DNA of 34,828 nt from Anaerolineales bacterium (GCA_046537745.1 JBKHKF010000001.1:1-34828), one strand, 5' to 3'; shown: positions 16,754 through 25,992, counted from the stretch's first letter. Program-made: numbers and translations. Notes: generated from the letters alone by a model not told the origin.

Positions 16754-19129
16754 TCAACCTTCAAACTTAACCACCGTCACCCCCTCGCCCCCTTCGGCCC
16801 GATCACCGCCTTCAAAGGATGAGACAAATTTGTAGGAGGGTAAAGCACTCCGAATAGCCTGACGCAGCCGGCCTGTGCCCTTGCCATGAATCACCCGTAC
16901 ATAGGGCAAGCCTGCCAATAAGGCTGCGTCCAACCGCCTTTCCAGTTCTGTGAGCGCCTCCTCAACAGTTCGACCGCGCAAATCAAGCTCCATACCCGGG
17001 GCGGCCCCTGGACTGGAAGGTCGCTGGTAAGCAGGTTCGGAGGGCGCCTCAGGTTCATCGTTTGCCTCCGCCGGCCGCAGCTCTTCGATCTTGGCCCGAA
17101 GCCGCAGGTTGCCAACCTGCACTTCGGCTTCTCGCTCGCCCAGCTCCTCGATGACGCCTTCTGTTTTTAGCGTTGGAACATAGACGCGGTCCCCCGGCTG
17201 CAGCGAATAATCCGGTCGCGGAACATCGATCGCTTCGCGCGCAACGGGCACTTTCGCCGATTCGACAAGCTCCTCCGCCCGCTCCTCCACCTCTTTGACA
17301 GCCTCCAGCGGCTGACCGGCCAAAGCCAACTGCTGACGAAGCTTCCGGATCTCCTTTTGGATCTCGGCCAGTTCCTCTTCGCCACGCTCCCTGGCCGCCT
17401 CCAGCGTTGACCGGCGTTCCTGCTCGATGGATTCAAGCCGCTCTGTCAGCTCCTGCCGGGCGGCCTCCGCCTCCTGCTGGGTCACGTCGGCTTCAGCGCG
17501 TGCCCTCTCCGCCGCCTCTCGCTGAGCATGGATCTCATCGAGCAATTCATCCGCCTGAAGCTCCTGGGGGTCCAACTGCTGCCGCGCCTGCTCGATGATC
17601 GAGGCCGGCAATCCCAGTCGATCGGCGATAGCCAACGCGTTAGAGCGTCCTGGTAAACCGATGGATAACCGATAAGTTGGCTGAAGCGTTTCGAGATCAA
17701 ATTGCACGCTTGCGTTTTGAACACCGGTGGTTGTATGGGCAAAGGCTTTCATTTCCGGATAGTGCGTAGCCACCAGAGTCGTCGAGCCTCGATCCAGCAG
17801 CTCGCGCAGGATGGCCATCGCCAGTGAGGCACCCTCCTGCGGATCCGTGCCTGAGCCGAGTTCATCCAGCAGCACCAGAGACTGCAGATCGGCTAATTCC
17901 AAAATTCGGATAATGTTGGCAATATGAGCCGAGAAAGTGGACAATGACTGCTCGATGGATTGCTCGTCGCCAATGTCCGCGTAAATTCCCTGAAAAACCG
18001 AAATCGCACTACCCGACTCGACAGGCAACTGTAAGCCGCATTGAGCCATCAACGCCAGCAAGCCGGCCGATTTGAGCGCCACGGTCTTGCCCCCTGTGTT
18101 TGGACCGGTGATGATCAGGCCGCGGGTGTCCTGCTCAAGCGTAAGATCGATCGGTACAACGGTGGAAGGTTCAAGCAGCGGATGCCTGGCCCCTAACAGC
18201 TTGAAGGTCGTGCGGATCTCACCTGATTTTGTGCGCCTGGGCGCAGGCTTTAGGGTGGGCCGGCTGCAGTCGAGCTCGATCGCGTAGCGAGCCTTCGCCA
18301 GCGCCAGATCGAGTCGGGCCAGGGCCTCGACGCTGGTATCGATGGTGGCCCGGCTTTGGCCAATATTGGCGCACAGCGCTGCCAGAATCCGACGGATCTC
18401 ATCCCGCTCGGCCAGCGCCAGTTCACGGACTTCGTTGTTCAAATCAACCACGGAAAGCGGCTCAACAAAAAGCGTTGCGCCTGAAGAGGATTGATCATGG
18501 ACGATGGATTTCAAACGGCCCTTGAATTCGGCCCGCAGCGGCACCACATAGCGCCCCTCCCGCTGGGTCACGATCGCTTCCTGCAGCCAATCAGCGATTT
18601 TGCTGTCGTTGACAATCGACTGCATCTTGGTCAGCAGGCGGTCGTTGGCCACCTTGTGATCCTTGCGGATTTTGGCCAGTTTATCCGAGGCTGAATCCAG
18701 CACCTCGCCGCGATCGTCAAGAACCTGTGAAATACGGTCGATCAATCCTTCAGGCACCACCAGATCTGCTGCCAGTTCGGTCAACCTCGGCGCCAGATGT
18801 TCCCGGTCTTCCAGGAAACGGGACTGGGTCCGTGTGGCCACCAGCGTGTCCTTGATACGCAGGATGCTGCTCGCCTCCAGAACGGCACCGCGGGCTGCGT
18901 CCTCCGTAAGCTGCCGGACATCGTGAGCGCCGCCAATGGTCCAGCTCTCATGTTCTTCCAGCAGCTGGCGCGCCTCCGAGGTTTCCTGCTGCCGCGCCTC
19001 CGCCTCGTCCAGATTGGCCGTCGGCACAAGCTGACGCGCCAGCTCCTTGGAAGCTGAGAAATCGGCGTGGCCAGCCAGGATCTCCAATACTTTGGGGAGT
19101 TCGAGTTTTGCGATTGATTTCTGGTCCAT
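16754..19129 (-). CDS. mutS2: Endonuclease MutS2 (MutS domain V ATPase plus C-terminal Smr domain)
   Basis: Walker A GPNTGGKT. DELGSGTDPQEG. Central coiled coil. C-terminal Smr segment ELDLRGRTVEEALTELERRLD...VIHGKGTGRLR. Confidence 0.92.
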   Translation of the reverse strand: MDQKSIAKLELPKVLEILAGHADFSASKELARQLVPTANLDEAEARQQETSEARQLLEEHESWTIGGAHDVRQLTEDAARGAVLEASSILRIKDTLVATRTQSRFLEDREHLAPRLTELAADLVVPEGLIDRISQVLDDRGEVLDSASDKLAKIRKDHKVANDRLLTKMQSIVNDSKIADWLQEAIVTQREGRYVVPLRAEFKGRLKSIVHDQSSSGATLFVEPLSVVDLNNEVRELALAERDEIRRILAALCANIGQSRATIDTSVEALARLDLALAKARYAIELDCSRPTLKPAPRRTKSGEIRTTFKLLGARHPLLEPSTVVPIDLTLEQDTRGLIITGPNTGGKTVALKSAGLLALMAQCGLQLPVESGSAISVFQGIYADIGDEQSIEQSLSTFSAHIANIIRILELADLQSLVLLDELGSGTDPQEGASLAMAILRELLDRGSTTLVATHYPEMKAFAHTTTGVQNASVQFDLETLQPTYRLSIGLPGRSNALAIADRLGLPASIIEQARQQLDPQELQADELLDEIHAQREAAERARAEADVTQQEAEAARQELTERLESIEQERRSTLEAARERGEEELAEIQKEIRKLRQQLALAGQPLEAVKEVEERAEELVESAKVPVAREAIDVPRPDYSLQPGDRVYVPTLKTEGVIEELGEREAEVQVGNLRLRAKIEELRPAEANDEPEAPSEPAYQRPSSPGAAPGMELDLRGRTVEEALTELERRLDAALLAGLPYVRVIHGKGTGRLRQAIRSALPSYKFVSSFEGGDRAEGGEGVTVVKFEG

Positions 19130-19190
19130 GGCGATGGAAGTCTAACACGGTGCAGCTGGAAGCACACCGAATTAAAAGGAACAGCAGGTG

Positions 19191-21257
19191 TTAAAACTCC
19201 AGAAGGTTCTGGATGGCCCGATGAATGTCCTGTGAGGTGGGGATTACCTGATCCAATAGACTGGCGCTGTACGGCACCAGGCTTTCAGGCGCTGTCAACC
19301 GGCGAAGAGGGGCATCCAGCCACAGGAAAGCTTCTTCGGCCAGGGTTGCTTGAATCTCGGCGCCAAGGCCAGCGGTTCCGATGTCCTCATGCACCACCAG
19401 GCAGCGTCCGGTTTTCCGCACCGATTCAAGGACAGCCGCTTTGTCCCACGGTTGAACGGTTCGCAGATCCAGCAGATCGATCATGCCGGCAAACGCTTCG
19501 GCTGCTGCCGCAGCTCGCGGCACCATGGCGCCCCACGTGACCACTGTCAGCCGGTCGCCGGACATAAGTTGGGCGGCACGGCCAAAGGGCACCTTATAAT
19601 CGGAGCCCGGATCGGGGCGACGCCCCTCGCTGGAATCCAGCAGGGCCCGGTGCTCGAAAAAGACGGTGGGATCCTGGCCACGCAGCGCCGTCCGCAGCAG
19701 GCCGGCCGCGTCGGCCGCGTTGCTGGGAAAGGCCACCCGCCATCCCAGCGAATGTACAAAACTCACTTCATCCGTGACCGAGTGCCAGGGGTCGCCGATC
19801 TTCTTGCTGAACCCCACCGGCATCCGCACCACCACGGGCGCACCAAAGGTTCCGGCCGTTCGCCATCGGATGGTGCCCAGGTCATGGAGCTGCTCATAGG
19901 CCGGGTCGGCGTACTTGCGAAACTGGATTTCCGGGATGGGGAGCAAGCCCGCCATCGCCAAGCCGATGGAGCGGCCGATGATCCCCTCCTCCGACAAGGA
20001 TGTGTCGAAAACTCTGGCCTCACCGAACCTGGCTTGCAGATCGCGCGTCGCGCCGTGGACGCCGCCTTTGACACCCACATCCTCGCCAAAAATCAGCGCC
20101 CTTGGATTGGCAGCCAACTCCTGCTCAAGCACATCCCTGATCGCGTCGATCAAGTTGATCCTCGGCCCGTTCCGTTCGGCTTCACTATCAAGATTTGGCT
20201 CGGGCAACCCCAGCTCCGGCGCCATCCCGCCTACCTGCTGCAATGCTTCATCGAAAAAGACAAACCGACGCACATCCGCCCGGGGCTGAGGCCGTCGCCG
20301 CGCCGCTTCCAGTGCCTCTTGAAGCTCCTCCCGTGCCTTCGTTCGAAGCCGTTCGATCTCATCCTCGCCAACAAGCTCTGTGAGGCCAATGAGCGGATCG
20401 CGGCTGGACTCCTGCCTGCGTTCTTCGTCGCTCTTATACGCCTGGTTGTCGATGTAGGTGTGACCACTCAAGCGAGGCACATCGAGCCGCAGCAGTATCG
20501 GCCCAGCGCCCTGCCGCAGTTCCTGGACGGCCTGGCGGATCAGCGCCCGGCAGGCCAGTGGATCTGTTCCCGAGCCAGCCATCACATTGAGCCCTTGGAA
20601 GGCGCTCAAATTGCTGGCGATATCTCCACCGGGCGTTTGCAGCTGGGATGACACAGAGATTCCATAGCTGTTGTCTTCAATAAAGAAGAGCATGGGGAGC
20701 TGAAGAGTAGTGGCGATGGTCAACGCCGACCAAAAACCGTTGGCTGCCACCGAGCCATCCCCGCCCAGGACTGCGGCCAGCGCTCCCTGCCATTCGGCCT
20801 CTTCCAGCTCTTGCAATCGATATTGAATAGCCTGCGCCCAGCCGGCTACAGGTGTGTACTGCGCGCCAACATCGCCAGAGGCCGGCAGCACCGTCGGGCC
20901 CTCCCGGGGCGGCAGGGAAAAAACCACACCGACGTCTCTACCGTCGGAGGGCCCGCCCGCCCGGCCCATCCCCGCAGCCAGCGCTTCTTCAAGAGTCAGT
21001 CCCACACTCAACATGAAAGGTCGCGAGCGATAATAAACGCCGACAGCATCATGATCATGGGTCAGCTCGCGCGCCAGCAGCACCTGCGCCAGTTCGTGGC
21101 CCTTCGCCGAGAATTGATAGGGGACCTCGCCCTGGGGCGCCAGTTCCCGTTCCTCAAGCTCGTCGAGCTCACGCGAGCGGAGCACAAGTCGGGCGACCTG
21201 CCTCCATTCTTCTTGAGCTGCCGCTGTGGACTGCGTGACGCGGGTTTCATCCATCAT
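19191..21257 (-). CDS. Thiamine-diphosphate-dependent 2-oxoacid dehydrogenase E1 component, fused alpha/beta subunits
   Basis: The N-terminal half has the TPP motif GDGSVAANGFWSALTIA...FFIEDNSYGIS. The C-terminal half is E1-beta/transketolase-like (IFGEDVGVKGGVHGAT, FDTSLSEEGIIG). Confidence 0.85.
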   Translation of the reverse strand: MMDETRVTQSTAAAQEEWRQVARLVLRSRELDELEERELAPQGEVPYQFSAKGHELAQVLLARELTHDHDAVGVYYRSRPFMLSVGLTLEEALAAGMGRAGGPSDGRDVGVVFSLPPREGPTVLPASGDVGAQYTPVAGWAQAIQYRLQELEEAEWQGALAAVLGGDGSVAANGFWSALTIATTLQLPMLFFIEDNSYGISVSSQLQTPGGDIASNLSAFQGLNVMAGSGTDPLACRALIRQAVQELRQGAGPILLRLDVPRLSGHTYIDNQAYKSDEERRQESSRDPLIGLTELVGEDEIERLRTKAREELQEALEAARRRPQPRADVRRFVFFDEALQQVGGMAPELGLPEPNLDSEAERNGPRINLIDAIRDVLEQELAANPRALIFGEDVGVKGGVHGATRDLQARFGEARVFDTSLSEEGIIGRSIGLAMAGLLPIPEIQFRKYADPAYEQLHDLGTIRWRTAGTFGAPVVVRMPVGFSKKIGDPWHSVTDEVSFVHSLGWRVAFPSNAADAAGLLRTALRGQDPTVFFEHRALLDSSEGRRPDPGSDYKVPFGRAAQLMSGDRLTVVTWGAMVPRAAAAAEAFAGMIDLLDLRTVQPWDKAAVLESVRKTGRCLVVHEDIGTAGLGAEIQATLAEEAFLWLDAPLRRLTAPESLVPYSASLLDQVIPTSQDIHRAIQNLLEF

Positions 21258-21274
21258 GTTTTCTCCCGGCGCTC

Positions 21275-21280
21275 ATTATA
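21275..21280 (-). promoter_or_regulatory. Possible -10 element (TATAAT) for the E1 gene
   Basis: On the minus strand a perfect TATAAT sits directly after the ccm terminator. It is followed by a GGGAGAA RBS and ATG 21257. No convincing -35. Confidence 0.25.
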
Positions 21281-21290
21281 GCCCCGGATG

Positions 21291-21326
21291 AAAAACTCCC
21301 GCCGGCTTGGTGCCTCCGGCGGGAGT
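21291..21326 (-). terminator. Rho-independent terminator ending the ccm operon
   Basis: 11-bp stem ACTCCCGCCGG/CCGGCGGGAGT (21295-21305 / 21316-21326) with a 10-nt loop. A T-run follows on the minus strand. The hairpin begins 27 nt after the ccmD stop. Confidence 0.7.
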
Positions 21327-21352
21327 GGAATGCGTTCGGAAAGGAAACTGGC

Positions 21353-21529
21353 CTAATCCAAATCTTCCTGCTCTACTACCTCTTCCAGTACGTGTTTATC
21401 GCGTTTTAACTGCCTCGCCCTGACGATCAAGCTGCCGACATAGCCGCCAATAAAAACCAGAATGACAGCATATCCCATGAGCATGAAATCCAGTGTGTCC
21501 GCGGGACCATTTTGAAAAAGCATCTGCAT
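21353..21529 (-). CDS. ccmD: CcmD-like small haem-exporter subunit (58 aa, absent from the ORF track)
   Basis: My translation: MQMLFQNGPADTLDFMLMGYAVILVFIGGYVGSLIVRARQLKRDKHVLEEVVEQEDLD. It has one TM helix and a basic then acidic tail. AGGGAGAG RBS directly upstream. It sits immediately after ccmC, where ccmD normally lies. Confidence 0.6.
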   Translation of the reverse strand: MQMLFQNGPADTLDFMLMGYAVILVFIGGYVGSLIVRARQLKRDKHVLEEVVEQEDLD

Positions 21530-21550
21530 CTCTCCCTGATGCCAGCCGTA

Positions 21551-22252
21551 TCAGGCTGACAACACTTTCATTTTGAGCTGCTCGACGCGATCCCCCAGAT
21601 CCTCGAGCCTGAACCGGTGCCAAAGCAGCGTCGCATAAACGAAGGTGAAGGTGATTAAGCTGAAGAAGAAAGTCTGAAGCATCTTGGGCGTCATATCGAA
21701 GGTCCCCTCCGCTGTTGGATCGCCCGACCCGATCACCACCGGATGGATGGTTCGAAGAAGGCGGACCGACAGGAAGGTGATGGGAACACTGATAAAACCA
21801 ACGATCCCGTATACCGAGCCAAAGGTGGCCCGTCGTTCCGGGTCCTCAATGCCCTGGCGCAGCAGCAGGTAAGCCAGGTAGATCAACTCCATCACCGTGG
21901 CCGTCACCAGCCTCGGGTCCCAGGTCCACCAGGTGTTCCAGATGGGTCGAGCCCAGATGGAACCCGTCGCGATATTGATAAAGGCGAAGATCACGCCAAT
22001 TTCCACCGAGGCTACCGCCACCTGATCCCAGCGCCGTTCCCGACGCACCAGATAGATTACTCCGGCGATCGCCGTGACCAGGAATGCAAGGGCGCCCACC
22101 CAGCCTGCGGCCACGTGAAAATAGAAGACCCGCTGCACTTCGCCCATGACCGCTTCTCGCGGCGCATAAAAGAAAACCATGGCGAGCGCAGCCGCAAAGA
22201 TAAGTGAAGTGACGCCCGTCAATACCTTCAAGCCCGTTGGTGTCTCCTTCAT
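21551..22252 (-). CDS. ccmC: Haem exporter / haem-handling protein CcmC
   Basis: Trp-rich WWD-type motif NTWWTWDPRLV, multiple TM helices and conserved His context (FYFHVAAGW). Start placed at MKETPTG (ATG 22252), which has a GGAGGA RBS. The tracked start at 22306 would overlap ccmB by 23 nt. Confidence 0.88.
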   Translation of the reverse strand: MKETPTGLKVLTGVTSLIFAAALAMVFFYAPREAVMGEVQRVFYFHVAAGWVGALAFLVTAIAGVIYLVRRERRWDQVAVASVEIGVIFAFINIATGSIWARPIWNTWWTWDPRLVTATVMELIYLAYLLLRQGIEDPERRATFGSVYGIVGFISVPITFLSVRLLRTIHPVVIGSGDPTAEGTFDMTPKMLQTFFFSLITFTFVYATLLWHRFRLEDLGDRVEQLKMKVLSA

Positions 22253-22283
22253 CCCTTCCTCCTCATGCCAGCCATCACTGGCG

Positions 22284-23015
22284 TCATTCTTGAACGACAT
22301 ACTCATACACCATCATGGCAACGGCGATAAAGATAACGTCGTAAGCGAGCATAATGTTAACCCAGGGTCGAATTTCAGCCATGGGAACCTGTTGAAGATA
22401 GCCGTTGCTGGTTTTGACCGCGGCGATTAGAACCGGAAGGAACACCGGAAACAGCAGTATGGGAAGCAGAACATCCCGGGTTCGCGTCTGCACTGCCATG
22501 GTGGACAACAGCGTCCCGACCGCGGAGTACCCGACCGTCCCCAAACCCACCGCCAAGAAAACCCCCGGTTTCAACAGATTCACGTTGTAAAGCAACCCAA
22601 AAAGCGGCATCACAATCAGCGCCACCAGCCAGATGAACAACAAATTGGCCAGCGCTTTGCCAAAGTATATTGCGCTGCGGTCCACCGGCGTCAACAGAAG
22701 CCCCTGCATGCAATCCCGCTCCTGCTCCTGACCCATGGATCGGTTCAGGCCCAGAGTGCCCGCAAATGTCAGTGTGACCCAGAGCACACCGGAGGTGATT
22801 TCCTGGCGCAGCTGGCTTTGCAGCTCCAGCGCAAAGTTGAAGACCAGAATCACCAGAAAGGAGAACACCAGCATCGCGCTCAGCAGCTCCCGGCTACGCA
22901 GCTCGGAGGCGAGCTCCTTGCGCACCAGCGCGCTAAGCGCCCTGAGATAAGAGGAGACGCCTGATTTCGGCGACGGCTGGGCCACCTTCGGCCCTTTTTT
23001 CACCCGATCAGCCAC
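22284..23015 (-). CDS. ccmB: Haem exporter permease CcmB
   Basis: Six-TM ABC-2-like permease between ccmA and ccmC. GTG start overlaps the ccmA stop (GTGGCTGA). Confidence 0.85.
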   Translation of the reverse strand: MADRVKKGPKVAQPSPKSGVSSYLRALSALVRKELASELRSRELLSAMLVFSFLVILVFNFALELQSQLRQEITSGVLWVTLTFAGTLGLNRSMGQEQERDCMQGLLLTPVDRSAIYFGKALANLLFIWLVALIVMPLFGLLYNVNLLKPGVFLAVGLGTVGYSAVGTLLSTMAVQTRTRDVLLPILLFPVFLPVLIAAVKTSNGYLQQVPMAEIRPWVNIMLAYDVIFIAVAMMVYEYVVQE

Positions 23016-23706
23016 GTGTGGCCTCCCGGTAGGCTTCAGCCAGCCCCTCGGTCGTCACGGTGCTGGTGCTGATGCTTGTCGCTACTCTGCCCCTCGATAA
23101 AATGTCCACCCGGTCGGCCAGCCGGTGAGCCCGGGCTAAATCATGCGATGTCATCACCACCGTCCGGCCCAGACTGGCAACCTGGGCCAGCAGATCATCC
23201 AGTATCAATGCGGCATCCTGATCAAGGCCGGTATGCGGCTCGTCCAGCAGCAGCAGCTCGGGTTGGTGCAAAATGGCGCGGGCGATAGCCAGCCGCTGCT
23301 GCATACCGCGGGAGAAGGCGCGCAACAGCTCCCGGCGTACCTTCCACAACCCGACCAGCTTCAGCGTCTCCTCCACTCGCTGGTCCACCTCAGCCAGGTC
23401 GTACATACGGCCGAAAAATTCGAGATTCTCCTGAGCAGTGAGGTCGCCATACAGCATCGGCTGATGGGCGACCACGCCAATGAGCCGGCGCACCTGAGAT
23501 TCGCCACCCGGGATCGGCACCGATGCGATCTGGATGATGCCCGCGGTGGGGCGCGCCAGCGAGGTCAAGATCCGAAGGAAGGTCGTCTTGCCCGCACCAT
23601 TGGGGCCAACAAGCGCGACAAATTCGCCGGCCGCCACGGAGAAATCCAGGCCGCGAAGCACAGGCTTCAGCCCGTACCTTTTAACCAGGCCGCGGACTTC
23701 AATCAT
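23008..23706 (-). CDS. ccmA: Haem exporter ATP-binding protein CcmA
   Basis: Walker A GPNGAGKTT, signature FSRGMQQR (the degenerate CcmA-type), Walker B LLLLDEPHTGLD. Positioned directly upstream of ccmB and ccmC. Confidence 0.88.
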   Translation of the reverse strand: MIEVRGLVKRYGLKPVLRGLDFSVAAGEFVALVGPNGAGKTTFLRILTSLARPTAGIIQIASVPIPGGESQVRRLIGVVAHQPMLYGDLTAQENLEFFGRMYDLAEVDQRVEETLKLVGLWKVRRELLRAFSRGMQQRLAIARAILHQPELLLLDEPHTGLDQDAALILDDLLAQVASLGRTVVMTSHDLARAHRLADRVDILSRGRVATSISTSTVTTEGLAEAYREATRG

Positions 23707-25522
23707 CTTGTCTCTGCATCAGGTCGATCAGCTGTTCCTTCAGCTCCTGGCGGCGCCGGCGGTAGGCGGCTTCCTCCACCTTGCCCGCTTCAAAGGCTTC
23801 GTCCAGGTCGGCGATGGCCTTCACAAGCCACTCTTGCCGCTCGCTCTCCGCCCGATCTTTGGTTGCGATGGATTCGCCTTCAGAGGTCGCCGCGGAAATC
23901 CAAGGACGATACCACCACAGGGTGGCTGCCAGTGCCAGCAGAAAGACCAGGCCCCCGATCACCCACTCCAAATCCAGGGAATCCGGCGCCAAGCGGGACC
24001 AGAAGGAGGGGCCCTGCAGTGTAATAACCAGCTGCTGGCCTGCCTCCCTGGACGGAAGGTCATACTGATGGAAATTCTCGCCGCCCGCCTGTCTTTGCCC
24101 CCGATCAACGACCTGCTCGGCCTCGACCTGGGGGCCACCGTCGGCAATCAATACCGTCACCGCGCTGACCGGCATGGTCAACGGACGACTCAACTCGGTC
24201 GTCCCTTCGAAGGGGACCTGGTAGCTGAAGACAATTTGAGCACCCTGGCCGCTGGGTCGCAGCGGCTCGGCCAGCTGAAAACCTCCTTCTACCGGGTTAT
24301 AACGTTCCGCCAGTAGGCTGTCCTCAAAGCGGAGATCCGTCGCTTCCTCAGGCAGCAGAATACGGACGCCATCCTCCTCCCCGGGCACCACGGTCCGCTG
24401 GCCGCTGTTGCTGATGACCCAGAGCTCAACGATCCTCAATCCCGTTTCAGACGGCTGATCAATCAGAATGTGCACTCGGCCCGCCTGCACCGCGCTGACA
24501 TCGGAGGTGGTTTCGTAGACCGTGATTGGCAGCTGAAGTTCTCCGTCGGATTCTTCAGCAAAATGAAGGACCTCTGAGCTGTAACGGACGCCCTGATATT
24601 GCGCGCTGATTACAAATAATCTGCCCGGGGCTCGTTCCAGATTGCGGAATGCGTAATCCCCATCCGCTCCGACCTCCTGCGTTTCAGAAAGCACCTCTTC
24701 CTGACCATCGAAGCCATGGATCGTGACCTCAAAACCGGCCTCCATGGGCTCGCCGCTGGTGCCATTTTGAGCCTGTCCCACGATGACGCCTGAGCCTTCT
24801 TCCTGTTCGACCGCCTCCGTTTCATCAATGGCGCCTTCACGGTCAAACGCGAGGCTCTGGACATAGGCTGTCACAGCCCAGATCTCCTCTTCAGCCAACT
24901 CTTCGCTGAAACCGGGCATCGTACCAACACCCACGCCGATCACAGCTGCCAGCTCACTCCGGGAGGATTGTGCATAGCTTTCCGAATCAATGATCGATGG
25001 TCCCTGCTGACCGCCTTCACCGCTCCGGCCGTGACATTCAGCGCAGTACTGCTGATAAAGGTTGCCACCCTCCGACAAGGCCGCTTCTTGGTGGCTCAGA
25101 CTCAAGGCGTAGGCGACAACATCCCAGCGCTCCTGGTCCGTCAAGCTGCTAAAGGGCGGCATGAAACGATCCATGCGTCCAACGGTCACTATCTGATACC
25201 ACTCGGCGGGAGCAGCCGACCGTGCGATTTCCGGATCGGCTAGCGCAGCCGGGGCCACCGACAGATCCGCCGCTTGTTCGCCGTCACCGAGCCCCTCCGG
25301 ACCGTGACAGGCGTCGCAACGCTGCTGATAGATGGCTTCTCCAGCGGCTGCCTCGGGCGAGGATGTGGGAGGTTCCACAGCGACCGGCGTGGTGGGTGTG
25401 GCCACCTGGGTTGCCAGGCTGACGGGGCTGCTGGAAGCGCCAGGCGGGGGCGTAATGTCGCCAGCTAAATTGCAGCCGGCTAACAGGGATCCAAGGAGAA
25501 CCAGCCATCCAATCCGCTTCAT
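23699..25522 (-). CDS. Dihaem c-type cytochrome lipoprotein with a beta-rich ectodomain, one C-terminal TM helix and a CcmI-motif cytoplasmic tail
   Basis: Start MKRIGWLVLLGSLLAGC (lipobox). CDACH and CAECH haem motifs with downstream MPPF/MPGF. About 300 aa of beta-rich sequence. TM helix WVIGGLVFLLALAATLWWY. Tail AIADLDEAFEAGKVEEAAYRRRRQEL. ATGA overlap with the upstream gene and an 8-nt overlap with ccmA. Confidence 0.8.
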   Translation of the reverse strand: MKRIGWLVLLGSLLAGCNLAGDITPPPGASSSPVSLATQVATPTTPVAVEPPTSSPEAAAGEAIYQQRCDACHGPEGLGDGEQAADLSVAPAALADPEIARSAAPAEWYQIVTVGRMDRFMPPFSSLTDQERWDVVAYALSLSHQEAALSEGGNLYQQYCAECHGRSGEGGQQGPSIIDSESYAQSSRSELAAVIGVGVGTMPGFSEELAEEEIWAVTAYVQSLAFDREGAIDETEAVEQEEGSGVIVGQAQNGTSGEPMEAGFEVTIHGFDGQEEVLSETQEVGADGDYAFRNLERAPGRLFVISAQYQGVRYSSEVLHFAEESDGELQLPITVYETTSDVSAVQAGRVHILIDQPSETGLRIVELWVISNSGQRTVVPGEEDGVRILLPEEATDLRFEDSLLAERYNPVEGGFQLAEPLRPSGQGAQIVFSYQVPFEGTTELSRPLTMPVSAVTVLIADGGPQVEAEQVVDRGQRQAGGENFHQYDLPSREAGQQLVITLQGPSFWSRLAPDSLDLEWVIGGLVFLLALAATLWWYRPWISAATSEGESIATKDRAESERQEWLVKAIADLDEAFEAGKVEEAAYRRRRQELKEQLIDLMQRQDD

Positions 25523-25992
25523 GGCAGGCTTGCCTCGGCCAGCGGCTCGCCGCACTGGGTGCAGAATTTATCTTCGGTCAGGGCTTCAGCCCCACAGGCT
25601 GGACAATATTTGGTGCTTTGATCAGGCGACGAACGCTGACGCAATTTCAGCACTTCGGCTTCGATGGCTGATTCGAGATCCTCCGCCGAACCCTCCGATG
25701 GCGCCTGGTGGCCCGCACCGAGCTCGTCAATCCTGCGGAGCAGCTCAGCCCCCTCCTTCACCAACTCCGCTCGCCGTCGCTGATAATCGTGCGCGTCGAT
25801 CTTGTTCATAGCGCGATCCATATCCAGCTCTGCCAGCGCATCAAGTACTCGATCGCGCTGAGCCAGCAGGGAGGAGAATTCAACATCCTCCTCTGTAACC
25901 ACCATGCCGCGCTGCTTCAGCAATGGGCGGGCGACGTACGCCGCCACCAGGGCCAGCAGGCCCAGGATAAATAGAATAGCTCCAATTTCCAT
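25519..25992 (-). CDS. Single-pass membrane protein with a CcmI-N-terminal-like motif and a C-terminal zinc ribbon
   Basis: N-terminal TM helix IGAILFILGLLALVAAYVA. Then ALAELDMDRAMNKIDAHDYQRRRAEL. Then CPAC-x10-CTQC. Confidence 0.7.
   Translation of the reverse strand: MEIGAILFILGLLALVAAYVARPLLKQRGMVVTEEDVEFSSLLAQRDRVLDALAELDMDRAMNKIDAHDYQRRRAELVKEGAELLRRIDELGAGHQAPSEGSAEDLESAIEAEVLKLRQRSSPDQSTKYCPACGAEALTEDKFCTQCGEPLAEASLP

Noticed and set aside
19350-20651. 433-aa plus-strand ORF antisense to the E1 dehydrogenase gene
   Set aside because: Same shadow-frame composition (Arg/Gly/Pro/Gln-rich). No recognisable domain. The opposite strand carries clear TPP and transketolase-like motifs.
21396-21623. 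Tracked 75-aa minus-strand ORF overlapping the ccmC 3' end
   Set aside because: Out of frame with ccmC, Arg/Ser/Gly-rich and lacking an RBS. The alternative 58-aa frame (21353-21529) has an RBS, a TM helix and the correct CcmD position.
22253-22306. Longer ccmC start at 22306, overlapping ccmB by 23 nt
   Set aside because: The internal ATG at 22252 has a strong GGAGGA RBS and gives an N-terminus of normal CcmC length. The extension is acidic and unlike CcmC.
23143-24316. Two long plus-strand ORFs (293 and 260 aa) antisense to ccmA and the dihaem lipoprotein gene
   Set aside because: Low-complexity, Arg/Pro/Gly-rich and without motifs. The minus-strand genes have Walker, CXXCH and lipobox features and coupled start/stop overlaps.
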